From positions 1 through 39,641 of the IMG/VR virus record IMGVR_UViG_3300037601_000137: DNA of 39,641 nucleotides, one strand, 5' to 3'. This DNA comes from a virus (lineage: Duplodnaviria > Caudoviricetes). This document shows, piece after piece, positions 8,701 through 17,417 of this stretch; position 1 is the first letter of the stretch, and every line of letters starts with the position of its first letter. Below the pieces are notes generated by a model, which saw only the letters and a program-made list of their open reading frames with translations, was not told the DNA's origin and did no database searches. The position numbers and the translations under genes are program-made.

Positions 8701-9407
8701 TCCTCGATCCGGCAATCGGCGATGGCGAAGACGCGAAACCAATTCTTCTTTTGCTGCTTGCCGGTGAAGTGCGCGACGAACGTCCCTTCGGTCGCGAACT
8801 CGCCAATCGCCAGCTTGCGCGCGAAGTAATCGTCGGTTTCGGTCGCCGAGACCTCGACCGTTCCCGACTTCACGGTCTTAGTGCGCCAAGCGAGAACTTG
8901 CCCTTCGAGAACTTTCGCCAGGTCGAAGCCCTTGTCGTCCGGAAACGCTTCCTTTTGATTGACCGGCGACCGCGTTTGCATCCGGCGCTCAAGGTAGACG
9001 AGCGACCCGCTTTCGATCTCGACGTCGAGTTGCGGCTCGCCGCCCGGCGAAATGGTGTCAGGCGTCGAGCGAATGCGCCCGTAGGTGTCCGATATGACGT
9101 CGCCGTCGTCCGGGCTTGTCGTGTAGTAGACGTTCCGCAGCCTGATCTGTCGGCGGCGAAGGTTGCTGTCGAGCAATGCGCCGAGCGTGTCGCTATTGTC
9201 GGTCTGGCGTGAGCTATCGAACGCGAGTTTTATCGTTTCGCTGTCCAGGTTCGATTGCAGGCGCACCCGGTCGGGCGGCGAAAAGCGGTCGCCGAGCGGG
9301 TCAAACGTCTCGCCGTCGAATGTGATCGCCTCGAAGCCGTTCCAGAAACGCACGGTCGAGCCGTCGAGAAACACCTCGACAAACCATCGCGACTTTTTGG
9401 CCGTCAT
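5799..9407 (-). CDS. Tail tip/host-specificity protein (gpJ-like) with a fused N-terminal hub-like domain and a C-terminal CBM-like region
   Basis: HRLRGVAY, YDRRKDSTAGG.GSHR.DDP.TWEYS and AQRVA motifs; PNLIPNGGFE; ATGA overlap with the upstream gene sets the start at 9407. Confidence 0.9.
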   Translation of the reverse strand: MTAKKSRWFVEVFLDGSTVRFWNGFEAITFDGETFDPLGDRFSPPDRVRLQSNLDSETIKLAFDSSRQTDNSDTLGALLDSNLRRRQIRLRNVYYTTSPDDGDVISDTYGRIRSTPDTISPGGEPQLDVEIESGSLVYLERRMQTRSPVNQKEAFPDDKGFDLAKVLEGQVLAWRTKTVKSGTVEVSATETDDYFARKLAIGEFATEGTFVAHFTGKQQKKNWFRVFAIADCRIEELNKVWINGNLQVNGALTHGVRTLVRLPNDKNENRCWITFYDGRHDQSADSELVTYASEWTSSHRLRGVAYVVIEHQWDDDLPEAFDYKFAGKGARFYDRRKDSTAGGTGSHRLDDPTTWEYSTNRMVVADHYRQGIRIMPSGFTTGGADPSIYWFGVGESADVIPYDEFEDLADLCDESVALKAGGTQKRYEVHGILSADDDHKKNLEKLASGMAARAIDQGGRIVFRPIRSQSVVMTLTDDDLSNTEDTVFDPTGRIDDMVNAVEGRFVDPDQNFASTDYPRVVNDTYVAEDGGDLIVGTENADMDISGERAQRVATLKLNFSRRVATLEEVFLSSKVRSLKPSDWFSRESSLRGIPSGKTFEVDEIERRKDGTTKILAFEVDPEVDAWEASNAVDLSVPPSIPASTIIDLTTPSITITPFSYTGGGAEVPAVRLVNADYSDFIGDEIVGEFGLHDGSGGITGESATVTFPGNIETLEGLIGLPPSTTFAIRFQSRKGERVSAWSSFQTFTTTSVYRSGTSGIADSFVGQGALATEDQADWASQVTGTGKPEDDATKSRVFRQSSAPSSPNVNDIWVVLSGGVPVSVKAWDGSSWITGADLTSLNVAAGFVGQDWGATASQDDADNNRAKPNPNLIPNGGFEQGDLGWTLVYGAVANNVNGVYWYADAPADGTTVIGYSPFFDMVDTGSYSFSYEQSPTIAGSGKVRCDLECWDATTRLSREGLVASADGGWTRIRSEGISAPSGTTRGRLRWYFNSANAGDASRVRRVKVERNATATAYSFDRYLYDAGTHLATVEVGSNVTEDHTAAGIADQGSQATANHQRGASYVGTPTEGSWWADTSSDELKLYTGGAWNKVADITPTGIDAPFRAPITGTKSKTRGSVGTTTFTDIVITPQNGSGSYTYDWEHISGDDFGMTGAATNAPDFSIYVNGTDKVGIYQCVTTDNDTGEAVVSRLGLVVTWTG

Positions 9408-10009
9408 CGGATCACCTGCTTCGCAGTGAACCGAACGCCCCGACGCCGCCATTCTCCCGACCAGCGGGGAGCGCCGTCGAGCCGGAACTCGCCGAGCGCT
9501 TCGATCCGGCGAGGCGACGGCGTCGTCGCGTGTTTCGCCATCGGTTCGGGCCAAACTGACAGGGTGATCGACCCGCCGGACGGCGTCGCGTCATACTGAA
9601 CCTGTCCGATATAATAACCGTTGTTCGCGGTTCGGTAGCTGACCATATCGCCCGCGTAGGCTTTGCCGGTCCCGACACCGCTTAGCGTGATCGTCCCGCC
9701 GGACGAGTTGACGACCGGCAGGGAAACGCCGCTATCGCTCAATATGAGCGGATCGCGCGGCAGTTTTCGGAACGTCCGGGGCGCGGTGAATGTCACCGCC
9801 GCGCCGCTGCGCCTGGCCAGGAAGGCCGACCATGTGTCGAAGTCTTCGCGCGTCGGGCATTCGACCTCGAAGTCGACGACCCAATATGACGGCCCCAATT
9901 CCAGAACGTCGGATTCGCCCGCTAGTGTTTCGGGCGCCGCCTGCTGATTTACCGGCTGCCACTCGGCGCCGACAATGCCGCGGCACGGGATCGGTTCGCC
10001 TGCGCTCAT
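9404..10009 (-). CDS. Distal tail (Dit-like) protein
   Basis: Position after the tape measure; W..FL....G pattern and C-terminal F.A.Q. Confidence 0.7.
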   Translation of the reverse strand: MSAGEPIPCRGIVGAEWQPVNQQAAPETLAGESDVLELGPSYWVVDFEVECPTREDFDTWSAFLARRSGAAVTFTAPRTFRKLPRDPLILSDSGVSLPVVNSSGGTITLSGVGTGKAYAGDMVSYRTANNGYYIGQVQYDATPSGGSITLSVWPEPMAKHATTPSPRRIEALGEFRLDGAPRWSGEWRRRGVRFTAKQVIR

Positions 10010-10062
10010 TCATCGCCCCTTCGAAAACTCGTCGGTTCCGGGGCTATCGCGGCGCGGATGAC

Positions 10063-12888
10063 TTACTGTTTCGGGCGAAGGTGGCGCGGCGTGGTCATGG
10101 TCTGGTTTCGCTTCACGATCCGACTGACGTCGTCGGCGAGCCGGGCGTCGCGGGCGTCCAGTTGCCGCTGTAGCGCGGCGAGCGTTTCGGCGGTCCCTAT
10201 GTCGCCTTGCACGACAAGTTGCGTTGATCCGATATTGACCGACGCAATCGACCGATTGTTCGCGAGCATCGTCTCGACCGACGCACCCGCGTTGATCGCC
10301 TGAAGAATACCCTTGTTCGCTGCCGTCCCGGCGGCTGTGATGACGCTTTCACCACGCGAGATATTGGCCGGGATGCTGTCGCTGCGCCCCGTGCCCGGCC
10401 CGCGAATGTCGACGCCGCCGTCGGCGAAGTTCGCGGTCGCACTTTGCAGGTTCGCGACGACGCCAGCCCCTTGCGCCGCGACCGTGGCGGCGGCGGCGAT
10501 ATTGGCCGGGAATGGGAGCGACATGGCGCGGGCGACGCCGTGCTGAATGTTCACGATTGCCGACGCGATGGCGAACGCCTTTTCGACGGCAAACAGTGCC
10601 TTATAGATGCCCGACTGTTCCCCAGCGAACGCCTTCGCGATCCCCGCCAAGCCGTTGAACAGTTGTTCGCCGTTGGCAAGCTGCGTTTGCATTGACGCTG
10701 CGCGGATTTCCTGAAGCCGCTTTTCGGTTTCCTCCTGAAGTTCGATTTCGCGCTCGGCGAACTCTTCCTTCGTGATCAGCTTCAGTTCCAGCCCTTCGCG
10801 CAATGCGGCGAGTTCGGCCTCTTGTTGCGCCCTGGCGACCTCGGCGGCGTCGCTGCTATGCTCGCCCTGGCCTAGCAGTTCCTCGCGTATCTGACGCCTG
10901 TATTCGGCCTGTTCATCGTCGAGAATGCGCAGCGCTTCGGCCTTGCGCGTTTCGTCGGCGATTTCGGCCTCGATCTGATCACGGCGCGCCTTATATTCGC
11001 GTTCGGTAATCGCAAGCGTCCGACCGGCCATCTCGTCGCGGGCGTTCATCAGTTCCGCGATTGCGTCCTTTTCGGCCTGCACCTTTTCTTGCCGGACGCG
11101 GTCAGCTTCGGTCAGGCCGTCGACGTAGTCGTCGAAGATCTTCATTTCGGCGTCGCGAATGTCGGCAAGTTCGGCCTTATAGATCGCGTTCGCCTTCGAG
11201 CGAAGATCGGCTTTTTCGGCCTCGGATTTGCCCGACGCCTCAATCGCCTTCAGGCGCTCTTCCTTCAGCCGAAGGATTTGTTCGCGTTCGGTTTCGAACA
11301 AGTCCCTATAGGCTTTGTTCAGTTCGTCGAGTGCGTCCTTATCCGCCACACCGCCGCCGCTACTTCCGCCGCCGGTGCGGGCGCCGCCCGGCGTTCGAGC
11401 CGACGGGTTGTTCAGCTCTTCCAGGCGCTTGCGCGCGAGTTCGAGCGACTTGTTCAGTTCGTTGACCTTGCGGACCTGGTTTCCGACGCCGGTTTCGATT
11501 GCGGCGAGCCCGCCGTTCTGAAGGTTCGGCGACGATCCGACGCGCGAGCGCGCATTACGCTGCGACGCCTGTCGACGCGCGAGTTCGGCGCGCGCCTCTT
11601 CAAGTTTCGCCTGCGCAGCCTCGATAGTGGCTTCGGCTTCCTCGCGCTTCAGGCGCGCCAATTCCTCGGCGTCGGCCTTCGCGTCGCCGGTCGCTTCATT
11701 TGCGAGACGCTGCGCTTCTTCGAAGTCGTCGAGCGCCGAGTTCACCTCGTCGACCGCGCCCGCGTACTCGCCGAGCGCCGCGCGGCTCTTGTCCGCATTG
11801 AGTGCAAGGTACGCCAGGCCGCCAGCGAGCGCCGCGACGCCGAGAATGATCCCAGCCGGGCCGAACATGAATATCGAAGCCGTGCGCAGAACGGCGAGGG
11901 CTTTCGCCGTCGTCGTCGCGCCGACAGCTATCGAGTTCAAGCTCGCGAGCGCCGCCGTCGCCGCTTGCGCGCCGAGTGCGCCGGTCAGGGCGGCCCCCGC
12001 CACGACGAGTGCATCGGCGAAGGCGTCCAGGTTGTCCGCCACGAAATTGATCGCGTCTGCCGTCATCTGCGAAGCGTCCGCGACCTTGCCGTTTTCGGTC
12101 AGGTATTCGCCGATCTTCAGCTTCAGGCCGTCGAATGCCAGCTTCGCCGCGTCAGACGCGCGCGGCGTCGTCACGCCGAAGGCGCTTTCGATCTGATCTT
12201 CAGCTTTCAAAAGCGCGTTGAACACGACGTCAGACGTCAGCTTGCCTTCCGCGCCGAGCGCCTTCAGTTCGCCGATAGATACGCCCATTGCATCGGCAAT
12301 TGCCTTCGCGACGAGCGGCGCATTCTCGCGAAGCGACCGAAGTTCGTCGCCTTGCAGGAAGCCCGATCCGAGCGCCTGGCCAAGTTGCAGAACGCCCGCC
12401 GCCCGTTCCGACGCCGACGCGCCACCGGCGGCGAAGGCTTTCGCCGTCAATTGCGTGACCTTGGCGACCTTCTCTTCGCTGTCGGCAAGATCGCCGGACG
12501 CGCGCAAGATGCGCGAGTATAGATCGACGTAGGGCTCGATTTCCGACCGCGCCGTTCGGGCGTTTTTCGCCAGGTCGAGCAAGGCCCGGCCCTGAATGCC
12601 CGACACCTCGCCCGCCGCCTTGATCTTGTTGTTATGGTCGATCCAGGCGTCCGTGTACTGGACCACCTCGCGAGACGCCGCGCCGAGTGCGAGGGCGGCG
12701 ATTGCCCGGCGGACGTCTCGCGACATTTGATCAGTCGAAGCCGCGATCTTGCGGTTCATCTGCTGATAGCGCTTTTCGACCTTGCCCGCCGTCTGTTCGC
12801 TCAAGCGCGCCTGACGCCGCATGGCGGCCTCATAGCGTTTCATATCGACCCGCAGTTCGGTGACTAGAACTTCGATGTCTTCAGCCAT
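10063..12888 (-). CDS. Tail tape measure protein
   Basis: Tape-measure motif QLGQALGSG.LQGDELRSL.EN; C-terminal GPGTGRSDSIPA; Ala-rich helical; start re-called at MAEDIEV. Confidence 0.95.
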   Translation of the reverse strand: MAEDIEVLVTELRVDMKRYEAAMRRQARLSEQTAGKVEKRYQQMNRKIAASTDQMSRDVRRAIAALALGAASREVVQYTDAWIDHNNKIKAAGEVSGIQGRALLDLAKNARTARSEIEPYVDLYSRILRASGDLADSEEKVAKVTQLTAKAFAAGGASASERAAGVLQLGQALGSGFLQGDELRSLRENAPLVAKAIADAMGVSIGELKALGAEGKLTSDVVFNALLKAEDQIESAFGVTTPRASDAAKLAFDGLKLKIGEYLTENGKVADASQMTADAINFVADNLDAFADALVVAGAALTGALGAQAATAALASLNSIAVGATTTAKALAVLRTASIFMFGPAGIILGVAALAGGLAYLALNADKSRAALGEYAGAVDEVNSALDDFEEAQRLANEATGDAKADAEELARLKREEAEATIEAAQAKLEEARAELARRQASQRNARSRVGSSPNLQNGGLAAIETGVGNQVRKVNELNKSLELARKRLEELNNPSARTPGGARTGGGSSGGGVADKDALDELNKAYRDLFETEREQILRLKEERLKAIEASGKSEAEKADLRSKANAIYKAELADIRDAEMKIFDDYVDGLTEADRVRQEKVQAEKDAIAELMNARDEMAGRTLAITEREYKARRDQIEAEIADETRKAEALRILDDEQAEYRRQIREELLGQGEHSSDAAEVARAQQEAELAALREGLELKLITKEEFAEREIELQEETEKRLQEIRAASMQTQLANGEQLFNGLAGIAKAFAGEQSGIYKALFAVEKAFAIASAIVNIQHGVARAMSLPFPANIAAAATVAAQGAGVVANLQSATANFADGGVDIRGPGTGRSDSIPANISRGESVITAAGTAANKGILQAINAGASVETMLANNRSIASVNIGSTQLVVQGDIGTAETLAALQRQLDARDARLADDVSRIVKRNQTMTTPRHLRPKQ

Positions 12889-13111
12889 ACTTCGCGACCC
12901 ATTCGTCGAACTCGTCATTCGATGGCGCGGGCGTCGGGTCGATCCCTTGCGCGCGCATCCATCCATCAACCGCTGCGGCGTACTCCCACAGCGAACATTG
13001 CTTCACGTCTTCGGGCGTCAGTCCTGCGGCAAGCCCGGTTCCGAAGTATGCGGACCAGCGGAGTTTGCCGCGTGGTAGTGGCTCGTCTGTTGGTCCGCTT
13101 CCGGCTTTTCC
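12881..13111 (-). CDS. Tail chaperone gpT-like segment reached by a -1 frameshift
   Basis: The -1 frame from G GAA AAG (13105-13111) reads GKAGSG...GLTPEDVKQCSLWEYAAAVDGW...EFDEWVAKYG*. Confidence 0.8.
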   Translation of the reverse strand, partial: GKAGSGPTDEPLPRGKLRWSAYFGTGLAAGLTPEDVKQCSLWEYAAAVDGWMRAQGIDPTPAPSNDEFDEWVAKYG

Positions 13112-13443
13112 GGCGGCGAATCCTCCGCACCTTCGGGCGCGCCAAACAGCGCCGCCGAAATGACCGCCTGAGCGACGAGTGCGTTGTATGCGAGCGGTTC
13201 GTCGTCAACGTGTCGCTTGACCATCTTTAGCGCTTCGTGCGACGCCATTCCGCCGCCGATTAGCCCTATACGGATCGTCTCGCGAACGTCGTTCACGCGC
13301 CACGTTCCCGATTGCAGCCGGGTCAGGATGTAGGGCGGACCGGCGTCGCACAGTTCCTGAAGTTCAATCAATTGCTTGATCTTCAGGGCGAAAGTGTAAT
13401 CGCCGTCCGCCCATTCGAGCGTGATTTGCCCCAAGCGGCTCAT
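13018..13443 (-). CDS. Tail assembly chaperone gpG (GTA-gp10-like)
   Basis: W.DG.Y.F.L...ELQE.CDAGP...ETIRIGLIGGG; lies between tail tube and tape measure. Confidence 0.85.
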   Translation of the reverse strand: MSRLGQITLEWADGDYTFALKIKQLIELQELCDAGPPYILTRLQSGTWRVNDVRETIRIGLIGGGMASHEALKMVKRHVDDEPLAYNALVAQAVISAALFGAPEGAEDSPPEKPEADQQTSHYHAANSAGPHTSEPGLPQD

Positions 13444-13444
13444 A

Positions 13445-13894
13445 CTAGATTACCGCCGTCCAGGTCAGCGCGCCGTCTGAAACGAGCGTGAGCGATACAG
13501 TCGCCTTTTCCTTCCGGTTGCCTGACACCTGAAATTCGGTCAGATGGAATTTGCCGGTTCCGATCCGACCATTCGTCGCGTCGCCGTCGGCGATGACGAC
13601 CTGAACATTCTTCGATGCGGCGCCTTCGAGAAAGTCGATATAGTCCTGAATGCTTGCCGCATCCATGACGCCCTCGCCGGTGATCGTATACGAAAGCGCG
13701 TCTTTCTCGCGTTCGGTCCACGCCAGCGCGTCCGGATCGTCACAGTCTGCGACGACTGAATCGACGGTCGTCGCCGAGCCCTGGACCGACCGCGTCGTAT
13801 TGATCAAACAGGGATGCGCGAAGGTTTCCGGGTCGCCGCCGTCGCCGACCTTGATCATGATCTTCGACCCGTTAAAGGTTGTAGGTTTAGCCAT
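13445..13894 (-). CDS. Major tail tube protein
   Basis: KVGDGGDPE.F..PC, DCDDPD...W, GEGV, SDG motifs. Confidence 0.9.
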   Translation of the reverse strand: MAKPTTFNGSKIMIKVGDGGDPETFAHPCLINTTRSVQGSATTVDSVVADCDDPDALAWTEREKDALSYTITGEGVMDAASIQDYIDFLEGAASKNVQVVIADGDATNGRIGTGKFHLTEFQVSGNRKEKATVSLTLVSDGALTWTAVI

Positions 13895-13928
13895 TTGTCC
13901 GCCTCGCAGTTGTAGCCTGCGAACGGCC

Positions 13929-14357
13929 TTAGCTGTCGGCGGATGACGCTTCGTTCCGCAACTCGAAGCCTACAATGCCGTGGCGTATCCCGCCGCGCGG
14001 GTCGCGCATGAACCGGGCGGTTCGGAAGTAGCTTCCGCAACAGCGAATGTTGTCGGAAACCGGAAAGCCGTCGTCGGTGTCCATCGCCGCGCGGATCGCC
14101 CCGGCAATGGCCTTGCACTGCGAAAAGCCGTCTTCCTTCGTCCAGATATGAATGCGAACGAAGACGTCGCTCGACGTCAGGAATTGAACCGACGTGTCGC
14201 GCTCTTCGTCTTCCCCAATAGTCAGGTACGGGAAGGCCGCGTTCGGGTCCGGCCCGCCGAGAATGCGGGCGTCATGCGATCCGAGAGCCGCCGTCACGCC
14301 CGCGTCAGCTTCCAACAGCGCGCCGATTGCGTCTTGAAGTTCCGCCAGGTTCATCAT
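13929..14357 (-). CDS. Tail terminator (DUF3168-like)
   Basis: LQ.AI...L, FPYLTIG, IHIW, HGIV motifs; synteny. Confidence 0.85.
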   Translation of the reverse strand: MMNLAELQDAIGALLEADAGVTAALGSHDARILGGPDPNAAFPYLTIGEDEERDTSVQFLTSSDVFVRIHIWTKEDGFSQCKAIAGAIRAAMDTDDGFPVSDNIRCCGSYFRTARFMRDPRGGIRHGIVGFELRNEASSADS

Positions 14358-14749
14358 GCCTTCGCCTCTTTCATACCCTTGCGCATCGCGCGCGACATTC
14401 GCGCCGAGAAGCGCGGCTTCATGATCCGATAGTTCGAGAAGAAGAAGGGGTTCGCCGGCTGATCAATCGTTCCGAACTCTTGCCAGCGCGCCCGCGTCAA
14501 TCCCTCTTCGTCCCGAACGTTACCGGCGACCACGCGCCAAATCAGGCCGTTAGACCCGTTCACCGCGTAGTATCGGATCGTCAGCTTCAGTTCCCCAGTC
14601 AATTCCGGGGCGTCCCTCGTCGCCGCTTCCTTCAAGAGCCGCGCGTTCGTCTTCGCTGCTTCCGTCATCCGTCGCCGGACGGTCTTCGGCATCCGTTGCG
14701 CTCGCGCTTTCAACTTGTCCAGGCCCTTGACCTTCGCCGATACTTCCAT
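14354..14749 (-). CDS. HK97 gp10-like tail completion protein
   Basis: AP.LTGEL...I, EFGT...PA.PFF motifs. Confidence 0.85.
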   Translation of the reverse strand: MEVSAKVKGLDKLKARAQRMPKTVRRRMTEAAKTNARLLKEAATRDAPELTGELKLTIRYYAVNGSNGLIWRVVAGNVRDEEGLTRARWQEFGTIDQPANPFFFSNYRIMKPRFSARMSRAMRKGMKEAKA

Positions 14750-14924
14750 CGTCGCTATCCTTCAGAAGATCGAACTTCACGCCAGCCGCCCGCGCCCGCT
14801 CGACGCATTCGCGCGTGACATTGTATTCGCCCCCGGCCTTGCCGTCCGGCTTATACGCCATCGTAACCGCCCGCTTCGCCGCTGGCGTGAAGTTGAAAGG
14901 TTCCCGAAATTTCACCCAAACCAT
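14550..14924 (-). CDS. Small neck-region hypothetical protein
   Basis: GGAGG RBS; MVWVKF...F.FTP...AYK...NVTREC; 3' part overlaps gp10. Confidence 0.6.
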   Translation of the reverse strand: MVWVKFREPFNFTPAAKRAVTMAYKPDGKAGGEYNVTRECVERARAAGVKFDLLKDSDDGSIGEGQGPGQVESASATDAEDRPATDDGSSEDERAALEGSGDEGRPGIDWGTEADDPILRGERV

Positions 14925-14935
14925 GCTTACCCCTC

Positions 14936-15298
14936 CTAGTCTGTGATTGAGAACGCGGCGGAAGCGTCAGGGATCTTGACGCTGTCGCCTGACAACAGTG
15001 TTCGCGCGAAGTCGGTATAGCCGAGCAACGTCCCGCCCGTCGCCGCCGTGTAATAGCCGACATGGGTAACCGTGACGCTCGCCGCCTGAAGCGTGCCGAG
15101 CGCCGCGTCGCCGTTGGGATCACGCGAGCCGTCGCTCGCCGCTTCGAGTGTGACGGCTGGGCGGCTCGCCGATCCCCAAAGCGTCAGCGGCGAAGCCTCC
15201 GTTCCGACGCCAGGGGCGCCGCCGGTGAATAGTGCCGCATATACCGTGTTCGGCAGCGCGTCGAGCATCAGGTTCTTAGCGTAGGTTTCAAGTGGCAT
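14936..15298 (-). CDS. Putative virion structural protein (fibre/appendage-associated)
   Basis: YAALFTG, VTHVGYY.AATGGTLL beta-rich pattern typical of virion proteins. Confidence 0.65.
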   Translation of the reverse strand: MPLETYAKNLMLDALPNTVYAALFTGGAPGVGTEASPLTLWGSASRPAVTLEAASDGSRDPNGDAALGTLQAASVTVTHVGYYTAATGGTLLGYTDFARTLLSGDSVKIPDASAAFSITD

Positions 15299-15389
15299 TT
15301 TCGTTATCCTTCGGAATGCATTGGAAGAAAGCCATCACAAGCGCGCCGCCGGTTCCGCCGACCATCAGCCCTAGTATGAACAAAACCAT
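15288..15389 (-). CDS. 33-aa membrane peptide (MVLFILGLMVGGTGGALVMAFF...)
   Basis: Manual translation; AGGGGG RBS; fills the gap between neighbouring genes exactly. Confidence 0.55.
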   Translation of the reverse strand: MVLFILGLMVGGTGGALVMAFFQCIPKDNENAT

Positions 15390-15398
15390 ATCAGCCCC

Positions 15399-16550
15399 CT
15401 ATGCCGCCTGAAGCGCGAGCGTGAACCCGCCGTGAACCGAACCCGTACTGAAGCCGCCCCATTGGTCCGGGTCGACCGATCCGTCGGCCTCGGCGACCTT
15501 CGACGCGACCGCGATATGACGGTCGTATGTCAGGCCGCTGGAAACAGCGTCAGCCGCCAGCGTAAAGCCCGACATGGCTGTCAGCGCCGGGCTCGTCTGC
15601 CACACCGCGCTAGCCGCAATGACCAGGTCGCCAGCGTTCGCCGTGATCGCGGGCGGGTTCGAATTTGTTCCGCCTGCAAACGCGAAGATCGACGTATCCG
15701 TCACCCACTCCCAGCCGCCCGCGCCGACCGTCGTCGCAAATTGGTTTGTGTCGACGCCGCGAACACAGAACAGAATGCCGCTGTCATTAGTCCGTAGTGT
15801 CGCGCTTTCCGTGTCCGCAATATTGCCCGCCGTCACGACGCGCGCGCTCAAAGATGCGACGCGGCTAAAGCTTCCCGGCGTGTGAATGTAGACAAAGCCG
15901 TCATAGGTGACGAGAACGTTCGCCGCGCCCGATCCCGACGGGTCGTTATGGTTCGTGTTGCCCGCCATCATGGCGATGAGAACGTCGCCTTCCTGCACGT
16001 CTTCCGCGCTCCAGTCGAACGCGCCGCCCGCGGTCGCCTCGACGCTCCAGACGATTTCCGGCTCGATCACGCTCGGCGCGGAGACGACGCCAACGCCCGA
16101 AACCGGCGTGTCGACCGACACTTCGACCGACGGCCCGGCGACAGAAGCCCGGCCCGATACTTCGGCGGTGATGCTCACAAGCCCGCGCGTGACGCTTGCC
16201 GCGCCGGACGTCGACCCAAAGTCGGCATAGATCACGACGTCGCGACGCCCCGTCTCGCGGTCAATCGCGCGAATATCGAAGATCCTCGAAGCGTTCCGCG
16301 CGTCGACGATGCGGTCGCGCGTCGACAGGCTCGCCAGGGCGGCGCAATCCCGAACGGTTATGACGACGTCGCCAATCCCGCGCACTTGGTCGGCCTGGAC
16401 CTCTTCCTTCCCCGGCGTCCCGCTGTCGGCGACGATATTCGCGGCGACCGTGGCCAGTTCCGACCAGTCGCCGCCGCTGCTGACATAGCCGCCGCTCACA
16501 GACCCTTTCCGCTCGAACCGCAGCCGGTCGCGATACTGGCCAGCCCTCAC
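15399..16550 (-). CDS. Head-closure (SPP1 gp16-like) protein with a ~270-aa C-terminal extension
   Basis: GTG start in a GTGA overlap; MRAGQYRDRLRFER...GG...W...ATV.A...FDIRAI, then a beta-rich Gly/Ser/Thr region. Confidence 0.8.
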   Translation of the reverse strand: MRAGQYRDRLRFERKGSVSGGYVSSGGDWSELATVAANIVADSGTPGKEEVQADQVRGIGDVVITVRDCAALASLSTRDRIVDARNASRIFDIRAIDRETGRRDVVIYADFGSTSGAASVTRGLVSITAEVSGRASVAGPSVEVSVDTPVSGVGVVSAPSVIEPEIVWSVEATAGGAFDWSAEDVQEGDVLIAMMAGNTNHNDPSGSGAANVLVTYDGFVYIHTPGSFSRVASLSARVVTAGNIADTESATLRTNDSGILFCVRGVDTNQFATTVGAGGWEWVTDTSIFAFAGGTNSNPPAITANAGDLVIAASAVWQTSPALTAMSGFTLAADAVSSGLTYDRHIAVASKVAEADGSVDPDQWGGFSTGSVHGGFTLALQAA

Positions 16551-17137
16551 GCCGCAAAGCCTCGCTTGTAAGGCTGTATCAGCGTCGACACGGCGAACGG
16601 GATTTCGCGAAGGTTCACGGCGGCGGCGTGTTCGCGCTCTTTGTACCAATGCGCGGCAAGCAACTTCACGGCCTGCTTAAGCGGCTTCGGGACGTCGGCC
16701 ACGTCCGCGCCGGTCGTGTAGGTGATCGTCAGCGCGTCGTCGCGGCAGGCCATGCCCGGCCACCCTTTGCCGCTGACAGGCACGACCGCGTAGTCGTAGC
16801 CGTCGCTTTCGACGCGGAAGTCGGCGAGCGTGGCGGTCTGTTGCGCGTGGTCGGCATCGTAGTAGGTGATCGAGACAAGCGACACCGGGTCAGCGGTCAG
16901 CGGTACGCGCCAGCACTCCGGCCCGGCGCAAGTGTGCTGCCATGTCTGCGTGATGATTGGCGCGGCGAGTTGCCCCTTTGGCCCGTCCAGCACCTCGACA
17001 GCCGCGTCTAGATACGCCTGTATAACGTCGTCTTCGTCGTCCCAATCAACGCGAAGGTGTGCCTTCAGTTCGGCGAGCGTGACCGGCGTATCCTCCGGCG
17101 CTTCCGACACGGTAACGACGGGGCGCTTCATCCGCAT
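16547..17137 (-). CDS. Head-tail connector (gp6-like)
   Basis: PVTLAELKAHLRVD...ED..I; VP.PLKQAV.LL.AHWY..RE. Confidence 0.9.
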   Translation of the reverse strand: MRMKRPVVTVSEAPEDTPVTLAELKAHLRVDWDDEDDVIQAYLDAAVEVLDGPKGQLAAPIITQTWQHTCAGPECWRVPLTADPVSLVSITYYDADHAQQTATLADFRVESDGYDYAVVPVSGKGWPGMACRDDALTITYTTGADVADVPKPLKQAVKLLAAHWYKEREHAAAVNLREIPFAVSTLIQPYKRGFAA

Positions 17138-17138
17138 T

Positions 17139-17351
17139 TTACTCAGCCGTCGTTTCTTTTTGCGTTTTGCGCGTCGTCGTCTGCTTCTTCGGCGCGGCGG
17201 CTTTCTTCGCCTCGCCTGGCGTGATCGCGTGACCGGCGCGAAGCAGGTCGTCCGCTATATCTTCGGGCACATCTTGCGGCTTCGGATTGGCCCCATACGA
17301 AAAGCGAATGCCCGCGCAAGGTTTCGTGATGATGATCGACTTCGTTTTCAT
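17139..17351 (-). CDS. Small hypothetical protein after the capsid gene
   Basis: AAAGGGG RBS; A..L...GHA motif with a Lys/Thr-rich tail. Confidence 0.65.
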   Translation of the reverse strand: MKTKSIIITKPCAGIRFSYGANPKPQDVPEDIADDLLRAGHAITPGEAKKAAAPKKQTTTRKTQKETTAE

Positions 17352-17366
17352 GTGTGCCCCTTTCTT

Positions 17367-17400
17367 AAAAAATGGGCGGCAAGCCGAAACCCGCCGCCCC
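17367..17400 (-). terminator. Intrinsic terminator after the major capsid gene
   Basis: Minus strand gggcggcggg-tttcgg-cttgccgccc-atttttt. Confidence 0.75.
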
Positions 17401-17417
17401 AGTTCCCGGCCCTGAAA

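Noticed and set aside
11089-12522. Long + strand ORFs antisense to the tape measure, and similar ones at 16866-17981, 21936-22877 and 34054-34959
   Set aside because: Shadow ORFs expected opposite high-GC coding genes; no motifs or RBS support
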